NCBI GenBank assembly: GCA_951406725.2
Contig: OX597821.1
Location: 72,912,001-72,976,000, forward strand
Length of the DNA stretch: 64,000 bases
Direction: 5' to 3'
DNA from: Octopus vulgaris
Taxonomy: Eukaryota
Below are positions 1-13,319 of this stretch, piece after piece (position 1 is the first letter of the stretch; each line of letters begins with the position of its first letter). Both the position numbers and the translations under genes were made by a program. The notes under the pieces were generated by a model that was not told the origin of the DNA, searched no databases, and worked only from the letters and a program-made list of their open reading frames with translations.

Positions 1-1104
1 TCTCTCACCTGTATTTTGAACCTGTCAGAAATAATCAACAGCAGAAGACGCTAGAATTGGTAGAGTGTTGAATTTTGGTACATTCTTTTGGATTTTGTGT
101 GAGCTCCACAAAACAAAATTCATTTATCAATACGCTTCTGGTGTCAACACCTCCTCTGGCTTGAATTCAAACACTTGAGGACTTGTGGTAATTAAAATCC
201 GTGCGAAAGGGAATTCAAAGACCTAATCTTCAGCGACTCCACACTGCTGAAAATGATGGTATTTAAGTTCAGTAAAAAGTTACAAAATCTAAGGAATCAC
301 CTATACTCCTCTGGTGTCCTATAAATTACCTGTACTCTTCTGATGTTAATCACTTGTACTCATTCCACAAAAAATTGCAGACTTGTGTCAAATTTAGAAA
401 TCATTTTGATATCTGGGTCCACTCATCTAAGATCAATAAACTAGATACCAGTAATGAATTAGGGTTTATTCCTTAGGATTTTGTAACTCTGTACTAAAGT
501 TAGATATGCTTATCCCATTCAACACTGATGTGTCAGTGAAGGTCTTTCAAGTCCCTTCGGCCAGATTCTTTACCAACAGGTTTTATTCCCCTCAAGACTT
601 TAGTTTAACCACAGTTATTGTTGTTGTTGTTTTATAGTGTCAGGTCAACTTTGAAGAAGCAGACTATGATCAAAGCCTTCCAGATATGACCACCCTGTCT
701 TATTTCCAAGCAATATATCCAGGACAGTATTATGTAATGTGTCCATTCGTTTTTAAGTTGGTCAGATGTAGCTTGAGGAAAACTTGGCTGCTATGTCTGA
801 CAGGTCCTGCGGTTACCTAGAAGCGCCCTCGCTGGTTCGTTTAATTGTCATAAGATCTCTTAGAATAAAACTATTGCAAACGGTATAAAACACCCGGACA
901 AAAAAATCAGTTCTGTATAATTGATAATTCTATGTAAAATATATTATTATACATAATGTCATATATACAATATATATATATATATATATATAATGTATGC
1001 CCTTATATAAATATAAAGTTAATCCAAACAAGAAAACAAAAAAGACAACAACGCAAAGAGGTGGAACAATTAAAGTATTATTAGGCGCTAAGGAAATATA
1101 TATA

Positions 1105-1300
1105 TATCGGGAAGGTTTACGAAAATAAACAAAAGACGAAGGCAGGTGGAGTACAAACAAGCAAATGTATTAGTATGGCGCTCAGGAATAGAAATAGAAC
1201 AAGTCTTTTACGTTTCGAGCCTACGCTCTGCGACAGAAAGATACACAGAAAAGAAACAAGGAGAGAAAAAATGCGTGTAGGAGCTAACGGTTCATCATGG
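1105..1300 (-). mobile_element. Penelope-like pLTR remnant with hammerhead-like motif
   Basis: Homologous to 23725-23910. Minus strand reads CTTT-CTGTCGCA-GAGC GTAG GCTC-GAAAC-GTA-AAAG at 1203-1240. Adjacent to (TA)n. Confidence 0.55.
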
Positions 1301-1571
1301 CGTTCTATATGTATATATAAAGGGCAAGCAACAAGTTGCTTAGCCACATACCGAAAAATTAGAAATAACAGTCAAAGACCGCTTATTTCTATTTTCTCTA
1401 CCCTTATATTATTAATATATAAATATATATCACATATATATATTTTATATATAAATGCATATAATATTTAATTACACACACATAATTATATGAATAATAT
1501 ATGGTGTATATATGATATGAAATCATATATATATATAATATGTATAATTCTATATAATCACCAGATTTCAG

Positions 1572-1867
1572 GAAAGACTATGTTGAGAAGTAAAACTACG
1601 GAAGGCAAAAAGATGGGATTGTTGTTATATGCACTAAACGGGAATATTTCTACTCTATCAGGTTTATTGCTTTCTGCCATATTAACTGTAATCATAATAT
1701 ATAGTTTTCATGGTGAATTATCTCTAGAGTGCTTCTGTAAAAAGCATGAAACAAGGACTCTGCTAAAAGAATCAACAGGAATGAAAAAAGAAAAAAAGAA
1801 AGCAATGCGGATAGCATTTGAAGAAACGAGACATGTTGCTGGTTCGTCATCTTGCCCTGAGCAATAG
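1572..1867 (+). CDS. Possible terminal coding exon: single TM helix plus Cys/basic cytoplasmic tail
   Basis: Candidate acceptor tttcag at 1566-1571. Non-repetitive open frame ...LSGLLLSAILTVIIIYSFHGELSLECFCKKH...KKEKKK...CPEQ*. No homology recognised. Confidence 0.25.
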
Positions 1868-2371
1868 AAATACATTATTAATGTAGGAAAATGAAGCGTG
1901 TGAGGAGATGGAATATATTTTCTTGTATAGATTCATAAATACGATTTGTCCAGTGGCTTGGCAGTAAGAATTAACCGTTTTTATAAATAATGAACAAACT
2001 AACAACCTGTTCTATTAGATATAACTAAATTCATTTGCTTCTAATGTTAGCCGTGCACAAATATGGCTCCCGTTCTGCAATATCGATTATTTTCTTTGTA
2101 TGATTTTGGCACTAATTCATATAACTCTCCTCCAAGATATGTATAAACTTTCTCCTGAATATAAAGAATGTTTTTATTTCCCTTCTTTCGTTACATTGTG
2201 TTTCCTTCCCAAGAATGAAATTTTATAACAAGAATATTTTACATTAAAATAATTTTCTTTTGACATTGATACATATGTGTTGGAGTCCTTTGGAAGAATA
2301 AAAATTAATACAAACACACACACACACATGAATGCATACATATACACAATTATATATACACAGGTACATAC

Positions 2372-2458
<87 letters not shown>

Positions 2459-2460
2459 CA

Positions 2461-3460
2461 CCTAAATGTCTCGCACGATGAGAAAGAGTGCTCAACACCG
2501 CATTGGTGGATAAAATTTCTTTATTTGTGCATTAAGGCTGCCATTGGTTTCATGTTAAGAAAATATCTTAATATCTTAAAAATATTTTCAAGCCGATCCC
2601 ATGGAGGAATGGTGTTCGTCTCCATCTTCGAAAACATGAAAGTTCACGGGAATTCCCAATGAAGTCTCGTGAAGAAAACAAGAAATCAAGGTGCACTACT
2701 CTTTGTTGATATCTTTTGAGTGATTATCTCCCTTGGTTTTGACTTTTGGGAAATATCTGTGTTGGATGATAAATTTGTTTACATTATATTAAATTCTATT
2801 CTGGCTTTGTGCAATGTTCGTATGTTTGTGTGTTGAGGAAGTTCATCAATGAGGCTTATATCTTCTATGTATGGAGTTCGTGTGTTATATATATTCAATG
2901 TTCACGTTCAGGGAAGGAAACTATCCTGGTGCAGTTAGCGGCACAGGTAGTGGTTCCTCTTTGAAGTGTCGGAGTATAAGATATTGCTTGTGTATGCAAT
3001 GTGTGTTTAGGATGTTATCTTTTGACTGAACGATGTTCAGCTTTTCAGTAACACAAAGCTCACATTTGGTTCCCTGTCCCCTGTATTTTCTAGCTTTAGT
3101 AATTATGCTTACTCTTCCTTCTTTCAATGTCCATATCATATTGGATAGGGATGTCGCATATCTTTTATTTTTGTCCTTGAATGATGTCAGATATTGTGTG
3201 TATTTTTTCTTGAATGAGTTACCCGTCATTCTGATATGCCTTTGCTACTTTGTTGGGATCAATGATTTGGCCTTGTATATAGGATCTTTTTCCAGACAGA
3301 TGTTATTTAGAGAACAACAGTTCGGAGATTTATAGTTACAGTGTCTTTCAAAGGTATTCCTTGTGGATTTATTTTTATTGTGGTTTAGTATTATCGGCCC
3401 TATATTGGGGCGGCAACTATAGCTAACTTTATCTGTGTTTCTATTGAAGATCTTATGATA
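2461..3460 (-). mobile_element. Penelope-like retroelement 3' fragment (GIY-YIG endonuclease + pLTR), degenerate
   Basis: Minus-strand translation YHKIFNRNTDKVSYSCRPNI..CNY..CCSLNNICLEKDPIYKA..HIRMTGNSFKKKY..TSLSNMIWTLK..CELCVTEK, typical of PLE C-termini. Decayed TTGAAAA...GAAAC motif at about 2535-2595. Confidence 0.8.
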
Positions 3461-4359
3461 TTTGTGTCAATGTATATATGTATATGTGTATGTGTGTGTG
3501 CGTGTGCGTGCGCATTTTCCCCATCCATTTCACACCCTTATTCATCCTATTGGTTATCCTTCTCTCTTTTCCTCATCCTCTTGCTACCATCACCAATTAG
3601 TATCCTGTCCACTAGGTTATTCCTAATTACTTGCTACCATCATCCACATCTCGCTTTGCTTTGCGAAAGTAAACGCTGAATGAAGGTTCTGCCAGTTTTG
3701 ACACGTGCATTCCGCGACAATAGACTTTCAAAACAACAAGACATTCACAAACTGTTTTCGGTGTTTTAATCTGATTCGATTCTTCCCTCTTTTCATTATT
3801 TATTTCTATATTTTAATAAGTTTTTGATAGAAATTCTTTTAAACGGTGTCTTCTCCATACGAACTGTATTTTATCAGTTTCGGTGATTTAAAAAATCTTT
3901 TATCTGTTACTTTTATCAGTCATTAGATTGCAGACATGTAGGGGCATCGCCTTGAATCGACCTCAGTATTTATTTTGTTTCAAGCCTGGTACATATTCTA
4001 CCTGTCCTGATATGAAAACAATTCAGTTTAAAAGGTGGACAGGATGGGAAGATGACTGACTGCTGACCGAAACGGGGATTGTTTTGAGTTCGTCAGTGAT
4101 CTCTACGGTGACCTTGGTAATAATACTAAACTCTCAGTGACTTTACAGCGTCATAAACTGGTATCATTCTAAGGGGAAACATTATATCTTTGAGCGTTGA
4201 ATGTACAACATATCCTATGTCAGTGATTTTCAGCCTTTCTTTACTCATAACTCCGCCGCGCATGGAAACTAATTATTTTTGTGGCCTCCACGAGACATTA
4301 ATAAAAAGTGCTTCAGCTTTGAAATAAATGCTTAATAGTAGACATAGATCACTTTTGAA

Positions 4360-5505
<1,146 letters not shown>

Positions 5506-5712
5506 GTGGCACCAAACGAAAAGGCCAAGTAACGTCATATGTAAATAATTCTGTACCAGTCCACTTGTTTTCCATCATGTTTTACTTAAAAAACCTTCTA
5601 ACTTTCAAATTGTAATTCTGATAATCTGATATAATGGAGTTAAAGATATCAACGATAAAAGTGTGACAACAAAGTAAGTTCCTTAACTATTATCAACACA
5701 CACACACACACA

Positions 5713-5757
<45 letters not shown>

Positions 5758-7195
5758 TTATATACATACATATATACATATAGAAAGGCTTGTACGTCTT
5801 GCGGAGGAGGAATATTCACACCCATAACTAGAAACACGAATATATAAGTAAAAAAGATATTAGTTAAGAGCACCATTCTCTCCATGAATATCTATGACAG
5901 AATTGATATGCTGCAATGTTGAATTGAATGGAATTATCCTCAACTGCCATTATTGGATCACGAAGAACCTCTTTCCATCACAAGTAACATTAAACTAAAA
6001 TTTCAACTCTGACATTTGGTAAAGACAATATTTTAAGCAAGGAAGTTTTTAACAAGAGAACAATTTTATAGTTTTCTAACATTTTATTTCTTTCTCTCTA
6101 CCACACAATATTTCTCTTTTATTTTTATTTTTCTAAGCTGATAGCTGCATCTGTCTCTAATCTCTCTGTAGAAGTTTTAGGATCTTTTACCCCACCCCTG
6201 TTTCCTCTGGCTACATTTGTCGTTTTTACCTTCCATTTTTCCTTCTCACCCATTACCTTTCCAATTTTCTCTACCTGACTAAACAGGATTCCTAACATTT
6301 TATTATTAAAGCAGGGGAATCAAAACTACAGATTCTATTTGACCGATATACATCAGGAAAAAAGCCCCCCCCTCCAACAAACCCTTCTTTCATCAGTATT
6401 ACTTTTCTATAATGTGAGAACCTGTGTAGAGCAAGATGTAAGTTCAAGGTAAATCGAAATCACCGTCCGGTTTCACTTCGCGCTTGAATTCATTTTGTTT
6501 TAACATTGATGAAGGCCACGAGAAAGACTTAAACTTGATAATTCATTCCCTACATCTTTAAGTTCATGTTATTTGTAATTAGTAAGAAACGGTGATATTT
6601 CGATCCCGAATGGAAGATATCTCTAATAATGAACTTATTGTATACACTGCTCAGGTGTGCTACCAAGCTCAGGTACAACAAAATGTCAGGTGCACAAAAG
6701 CTTTGTTTTTCTTTATCAAATGGTTGTAGGTTTCCATATCACTGAGAATTGATATTGTAAATAATGCGATGCCAAACTCGTCTGTCTTCGAGCATTCATG
6801 AAAGGATTTGAAATCAGAATCGAATTCTAACGTAACACTCGTTATTTACACCAAAGATTCTCAGCCCATTTTGGCCAAACGCCCCCTTTTGACCCTTGGA
6901 GACACAAATGCATCCTACCCCCACCCACGCCTACAAAATGTTAATATTTTTCAATATATTACTTATTTTGATATCAGCAGATAATGATTAAAAATTAAAG
7001 GATGTCGTTTTACATTTGCGCTTGTACGCAGTCGGGGGTGCAAATGTACTAATTGAAATGTATAAAAAAGAAAGAATAAATGGTCTTATGAAAGAAAGTT
7101 TGGTAATTGCGTTTATTTCCACCACGTGACGCTTATGAGACCAACGTTTTGTCTGTCGAAAGAATGCTTTTTGGTACAAGTAAATGCCGATGAAA

Positions 7196-7601
7196 GGCGG
7201 CGAGCTGGCAGAAACGTTAGCACGCCGGGCGAAATGCTTAGCGGTCTGCAGTTACGTTCTGAGTTCAAATTCCGCCGAGGTCAACTTTGCCTTTCATCCT
7301 TTCGGGGTCGATTAAATAAGTACCAGTTACGCACTGGGATCGATATAATCGACTTAACAAAAAAGAGATAAAGCAGTGAGCTGGCAGAATCGTTAGCACG
7401 CCGGGCAAAATGCATAGCCGTATTTCATCTGTCGTTACGTACTGAATTCAAATTCCGCCGAGGTCGAATTTGCCTTTCATCCTTTCGGGGTCTATAAATT
7501 AAGTACCAGTTACGCAGTGGGGTCGATGTAATCGACTTAATCCCTTTGTCTGTCCTTGTTTGTCCCATCTGTGTGTAGCCCCTTGTGGGCAATAAAGAAA
7601 T
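7196..7601 (+). mobile_element. Dimeric tRNA-derived SINE with Nin/Deu-like core, 18-bp TSD
   Basis: A-box TGGCAGAAACG, B-box GTTCAAATTCC, core GCCTTTCATCCTTTCGGGGTCGAT..AAGTACC present twice. TSD AAGTAAATGCCGATGAAA at 7178-7195 and 7602-7619. Confidence 0.9.
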
Positions 7602-7810
7602 AAGTAAATGCCGATGAAATCATTTCAAACCTTTATGATTTCCCTTATCAAAACAGCTAGAACTTGCGCAACAATCTGACATATAAGTTATTGTCCCCCG
7701 GGAAGAGGATTTTTATGCTCAAGAAGGAGAGTATATTTGTTAGAAATTGTTGAAATACATATGTACTTCATATGAGTAGCAAATTGTGGAGGATGGTAAT
7801 CACTGTACTT

Positions 7811-8610
7811 GGATCTGGTTAGTTTGAGTCACAAAATCCTCTTCCTTTTAAAATGAAGTAAAAAATCTGAAAATTTGTCATATTAGACATTCATTTCTTA
7901 TTCCTTTGAACCAAAGAATTTATTGAGAAAAAATTTGACGAAAAAGTTACAGAAGTTTAAAAATCGAAAAACTCGATTTTTAGCCAATGATAAATTTTTG
8001 TTGTAGCGAACGGTATCAACATTAAAGTTGTACCCCGTGTAAGGTTGTTCCCTGTGTGACCTGTTCATCGTAGGTTTTTAAATAAAGATAAATACCTTTA
8101 AAGTCATGTTTTTATTTTTTATTTAAGTTCTTTGTTATATCAATGTATTTGTCTGCATATGTTTGGGTCAATTTTTACAAGTACACCAGCATTAGCAGCT
8201 ATTTGCGATAACGGCAGGTCCTTTATCGCAAATAGCAGTTACATGGTAGCAGGGCGTGTTAGAAATAGCAGTCAGATCTTTCCTTTTCTGGGTTCCGGTA
8301 AACTTGGAGGTCACCCACCATCCTGCTCCTTTCTTTTTCGAGGGTTTGGCGGCCAGATACGTTGAATGCACGCGAAAAATCCGAGGTTTTTCCTTTTTTC
8401 TTCCTTTCCTTATTGACAAACGTTCATGACATCCATTGCGAGTGCACCGCCGGTTTTTAAACGTTTATAACTTTTTCGTCAAATTTTCCCTCCAGAAGTT
8501 AATGGTTTCACAGGAATCAGCGTTGTAAACTGCATCAATATAAACAAATTTTAGATTTTTTAATTTTCTTTTAAGAAAATGCAGATTTTGTGAATGAAGC
8601 AAACTAGACC
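7811..8610. mobile_element. Non-autonomous DNA element with ~155-bp degenerate terminal inverted repeats
   Basis: 7811-7966 aligns to the reverse complement of about 8451-8610 (shared TCACAAAATC, AAAAATCT-AAAATTTG, AAAATTTGACGAAAAAGTTA). Confidence 0.65.
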
Positions 8611-8642
8611 CGGGCCAAGCTATAGATTTTGTATTCATACAT

Positions 8643-8710
<68 letters not shown>

Positions 8711-9021
8711 GTTTAAATATTAGTTGTGCAAGATTTTTTATGTGAAGTCGCGTGTTGAAACAGATATTGTTATATTTCGGAATGGTCATTTTGCCAGTTT
8801 AGCCAATACAAAATGGCTGACGGTTAGTAAGGAGAGACACAAATAAGAAAGAAGAAAACAAAGGACCACTGATGCGGTCACAGGAGTGTTACGAAAGAAC
8901 TCTGGCCGAAATAAGATTAAGATTAATGTAAAAAATAAATAACACTGAAGCAAAATAACACCAAATATATAGTGCGTGTGTTTTTATTGGCTAAACTGGC
9001 AAAATAACCATTCTGAAATAT

Positions 9022-9029
<8 letters not shown>
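8711..9029. mobile_element. Probable Penelope pLTR fragment with 45-bp inverted duplication, between two (TA)n runs
   Basis: ATATTGTTATATTTCGGAATGGTCATTTTGCCAGTTTAGCCAATA (8764-8808) is inverted at 8985-9029. Start resembles 48530-48590. Confidence 0.5.
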
Positions 9030-9078
<49 letters not shown>

Positions 9079-9090
9079 TATTTTTTTTTT

Positions 9091-9405
9091 CGCCCTTTTC
9101 AAGCCTAACCAGGCTCATGGGCCCGGTTTCCCGGTTTCTGCGGCGTATATGTGTCTTCCCCCCCCCCCCCTGCCAGCTGGATGGGATGCCAGTCCATCGC
9201 AGCGTTACTCAAGAAACAGGAAGAGAGAGTGAGAGAAAGTTGTGGCGAAAGAGTACAACAGGGGTCGCCACCACCTCCTGCCGGAGCGTCGTGGAGCTTT
9301 TAGGTGTTTTCGCTCAATAAACACACACAACGCCCGGTCTTGGAATCGAAACCGCGATCCTCCGACCGCGAGTCCGCTGCCCTAACCACTGGGTCATTGC
9401 GCCTC

Positions 9406-9408
<3 letters not shown>
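9091..9408 (-). mobile_element. Full-length tRNA-derived SINE with V-domain-like core
   Basis: Head GGAGGCGCAATGACCCAGTGGTTAGGG...GTTTCGATTCC; V-like motif GCGATGGACTGGCATCCCATCCAG; A-rich tail. Confidence 0.85.
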
Positions 9409-9480
<72 letters not shown>

Positions 9481-9594
9481 CCTGCTCGCTTAGCCAGCGG
9501 GGTGGCATCATTTGAAGGCTAAAACAATGCTAAGCGCATTGTGACCAGCGATGTTTAGCAACATCTGATTGCCTGGTGGATCACGATGATCACG

Positions 9595-9635
<41 letters not shown>

Positions 9636-10099
9636 GTGTGTGTGTGTGAGTGTGTGTGCAAATCTGTTTGCTAGTTTCTGTTTTTCCTTTAGTTTTTTGT
9701 TTACTTATACTCATTAACAAATGAGCTAATGAGGTACTCTGTGTGGTTGTTCAATTTGCTAGAAGTAACAGCCAAATCTACTTCATACTATGCTCTTGTT
9801 TGTATTAAGGAAAGGGGTAAAGTGTTTACTCTTCTCCATCATTACGATTAAAATTAAAACTTTTGATTTTGTTCGGCTCTATGAGTTTAATTCTTTTTAG
9901 ATGCTTCCGTCCATTGCTTGATACAAGGAAAAAGAAATCCTGACCAAAATAGAGAAATTCTAACTTAACAAAACATACAGAAAGAGAATGTTTTCCAAAG
10001 CCGAAAGATGTGTTTTTAGCTGAGATGTAATTTTATAATTAAAACAAGTTCAAAATTTAAATTTCAGAACGTAAGACTTACCACGTTATTTGGTGTATA

Positions 10100-10385
10100 G
10101 CCGCTAAGTTACGGGGACGTAAACACACCAGCATCGGTTGTCAAGCGATGTTGGGGGACAAACACAGACACACAAACATATACACATACATACATATATA
10201 CATATATACACATATATATATATACACGACGGGCTTCTTTCAGTTTCCTTCTACCAAATCCACTCACAAGGCTTTAGTCGACCCGAGGCTATAGTAGAAG
10301 ACACTTTCCCAAGGTGCCTCGCAGTGGGACTGAACCTAGAACCATGTGGTTGGGAAGCAAACGTCTTACCACTCAGCCACTCCAA
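10100..10385 (-). mobile_element. tRNA-derived SINE with CORE-like box, 3'-truncated
   Basis: Homologous to 35728-36120 and 42113-42520; GCACCTTGGGAAAGTGTCTT box. Confidence 0.85.
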
Positions 10386-12118
10386 CGCCCACAAATAAAA
10401 ACAAGCAATATTTTACGCCATTTTTTTGTTCCTGGGATTAACTGAAAGCAGAATGAAGAAAGTAAACATCTTAATTATAATTAAACTACATAAATCATTC
10501 TCTCATTTACTTCGTTGTTTTTCTGCTCTAGTCGACTTTTTGTTATTTCAGAACTATTCAGATAATTAAAGTTCGTATTTCATAGCCAGGTGTAAGTATC
10601 TGTCCGATATGAAGTGTAGGTTTAAGGATGTTCTGAGCTTGTCAGATAAAAGACGACTAATTTTGTTGGTCAGTAATTTATTTATCAAAAGTGTATGATT
10701 CGTCATTGATAAATATAATCGCCGACAAGTTTTAAAAAATAACAACACAAAAGTTTGTCATTGATAGTTATTTAGTTTTCTAATTTGTCATATACTAAAC
10801 AAATTAACAAAACTAATTTTAAAAATAACAAACTAACCGAATAGTTAATGATTAAATATAAATTAGTCGTTTAGAAGCGAGGGAAGTCGTGTTAAGATAT
10901 CAAAACCAAGTACGTTGTTTGTTATTCGGCACCAGTTCCTGGTTATTGGTTTACAATTTCTATATTTTCTATTTTACCTTGAAAAGGAAACTTAAAACGA
11001 TCTCTCAGAATCACCAGAATTACCGTTTTGTCACGAAACCGATATAAAGTTTCCTAGTGCTGGATAACTACCAGCGACAAGCGAGTTCCTCGGTTTGTGT
11101 TTGGCCAAATATTCTGATTGTTTTATTTATTCGTGGATTGTTGTTGTTTAGCTAGCTTCAAGTCAGCTCAAATCCCCTAATCAAGCAGGCCTGGGGCCAA
11201 AGACATTACAGCCATGAGCATCTAGTTTTATTTTATTACATTATATAAAGTACCATTTCTATTTTTATGGCAGTAGGACATGGTATGAAAGAGATTTGGC
11301 CGATATTTCAGGACACACTGGAAAATTTAGTCCTGGGTGGATAAAACACAAATGTTCCTGAGGGCAATATATTTGATTATCGATCTGTTCAATTAAGGCT
11401 GACCTCAAATTAAAAATAATAACTATTCTCTGTGCCAATCAAAGAAACGCGATGTGATCGTCTGATTTGTTACAAATCTCCATCAAATTCTATCCTTCCC
11501 ACCGTTTTAAGAAGAGAGGGTGTAGCGCATAGTGTATTCCTGAATGTACTATAACTAAACAAAAGTTGTGATGGTTACGGCTGGGGTGATTTTGATCATA
11601 AGCCTGCTGGACCAGAGTTGACCCGGGACTCAAAATAAGACAACCACAACAGCGATACTTCTTGATTTTTACAAATGTTCTGACTGTTTTCTTATTCGGT
11701 CTTTATAGTATGTGTCCTGAGCTACTGGTGACCTCCACCGCCGGAAAACTGGTCCTTAGCTCTCATTTTACAATATCAAGTAGATTTTAGATAAAGATGG
11801 CTGCTCGATTGAGCATCAGTTGGTAGCATTCCAGGATATGTTATCATTCGTGAGAACTTCAGCAATGAACTGATGCAATGTAGAATCGAGTATTCCTTGC
11901 CGAAAAATACAACAAAAACGCCTGTCGCAGATTTGAGCCTAAAAACTCCCGGGTTAATCGACCAATCCATTATCCAGTCCACCCTTTCATCACGACAGTA
12001 ATCACAGGGTGCTAATTTTTACTAATCGTTAAGTAGCAATTTTTATTATCTTTAATGGACGTAGTTTCCATAAAAGTATGATAATGATAATAATAACAAT
12101 AAATCTATTAAAATATAA

Positions 12119-12145
12119 TAATCACCAATATCCTGATCTATCGGC

Positions 12146-12232
<87 letters not shown>

Positions 12233-12258
12233 CCGATAGATCAGGATATTGGTGATTA
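12119..12258. repeat. Near-perfect 140-bp palindrome centred on (TA)16
   Basis: TAATCACCAATATCCTGATCTATCGGCC-(TC)12-(TA)16-(GA)14-GGCCGATAGATCAGGATATTGGTGATTA. Confidence 0.95.
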
Positions 12259-12944
12259 AATATGTGTGTATGTATGTATGTATTTCATTCCTACTAAATT
12301 TTTCCGGATATCATAAAAAAAGAAAGAGCGGAAACGGTTTTATTTTATAAAAGAGTAATGTGAATTTCGTGAAACTCTTCGCCAATGATAAGATATTATT
12401 CAATAATTATGTATCCGTCAATAAATGCTATTTACAGCTGATCTGTTTTTAGGTTTTGTTTTCTCATAAATTCTAAAATTACATGAAATTATATGCAATA
12501 TATTGCTGATTAGATATTTTGATGAACAAACAAATTTACTAACATATAAAGTTATAATGTTAATGTGAAATTGTAAAAAAAAAAAAAGATTGAAGGGAAA
12601 TATTTTCTCGATTTTTTGAAGGTAAGTTCGAAGCCTTATATTCAAGTAGAGTTCAGTTTGTTTTCCTTATTCGGGCAACCGATAAAATAAAACACCAATC
12701 ATATACTGAGATTTATTCACTCAGAATAAGTTTTGTAGGCACAGACAGTAATGCCGAAAGCGACCAAACCATTCTGTTTATTGTCCACAGATTGCTGACT
12801 TGTGGAACGAAATAGTATGCCTGCTACTCGGTTATTGTCCGAGTACATTGTCACCTCCTGGTTGTGAAAGATAGTTTTCCTTTAGTCTAGGTGTAGTGAA
12901 AGATGAGAAAAGTTGAAAGATTGAGAACAAGGGTTTTTCCTTCT

Positions 12945-13172
12945 TGACCATTGGTTAGTCCACATCACTCTGTAAAGACCCCTGGTTTCCTGCTTTCTCT
13001 GGCGTACATATATATATTCTTGCCTGGACGGTCCGCCGGTCCGCCGCAGAGTTACTCATTTGTACCAGCTAAGTGGACTGGAGCAACGTGAAATGAAGTG
13101 TTTTGCTCAGTCCAGGAATCGAAATCACAATCTTAAGATCATAAATTCAACGCACTTACCACTAAGCCACGT
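12945..13172 (-). mobile_element. tRNA-derived SINE (V/Meta-like), degenerate
   Basis: GTGGCTTAGTGGTAAG head; TTTCACGTTGCTCCAGTCCACTTAGCTGG core shared with other copies in the window. Confidence 0.75.
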
Positions 13173-13319
13173 CATTTTACCTTAAAGGTCATAAAATGTT
13201 TTATTATTTGAGGAAGGGGAAGGGGTCAGAAATTTATTATTAAAGGTTGGTTTTTTTGTGCAAAATTTAGTTTAGAGGAAAGGGCTGACCTTTCAGTTCC
13301 CTTTGGAGATTGCAGTCGA

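Noticed and set aside
7196-7275. tRNA-like A/B boxes
   Set aside because: These are SINE heads; there is no complete cloverleaf and they continue into SINE cores.
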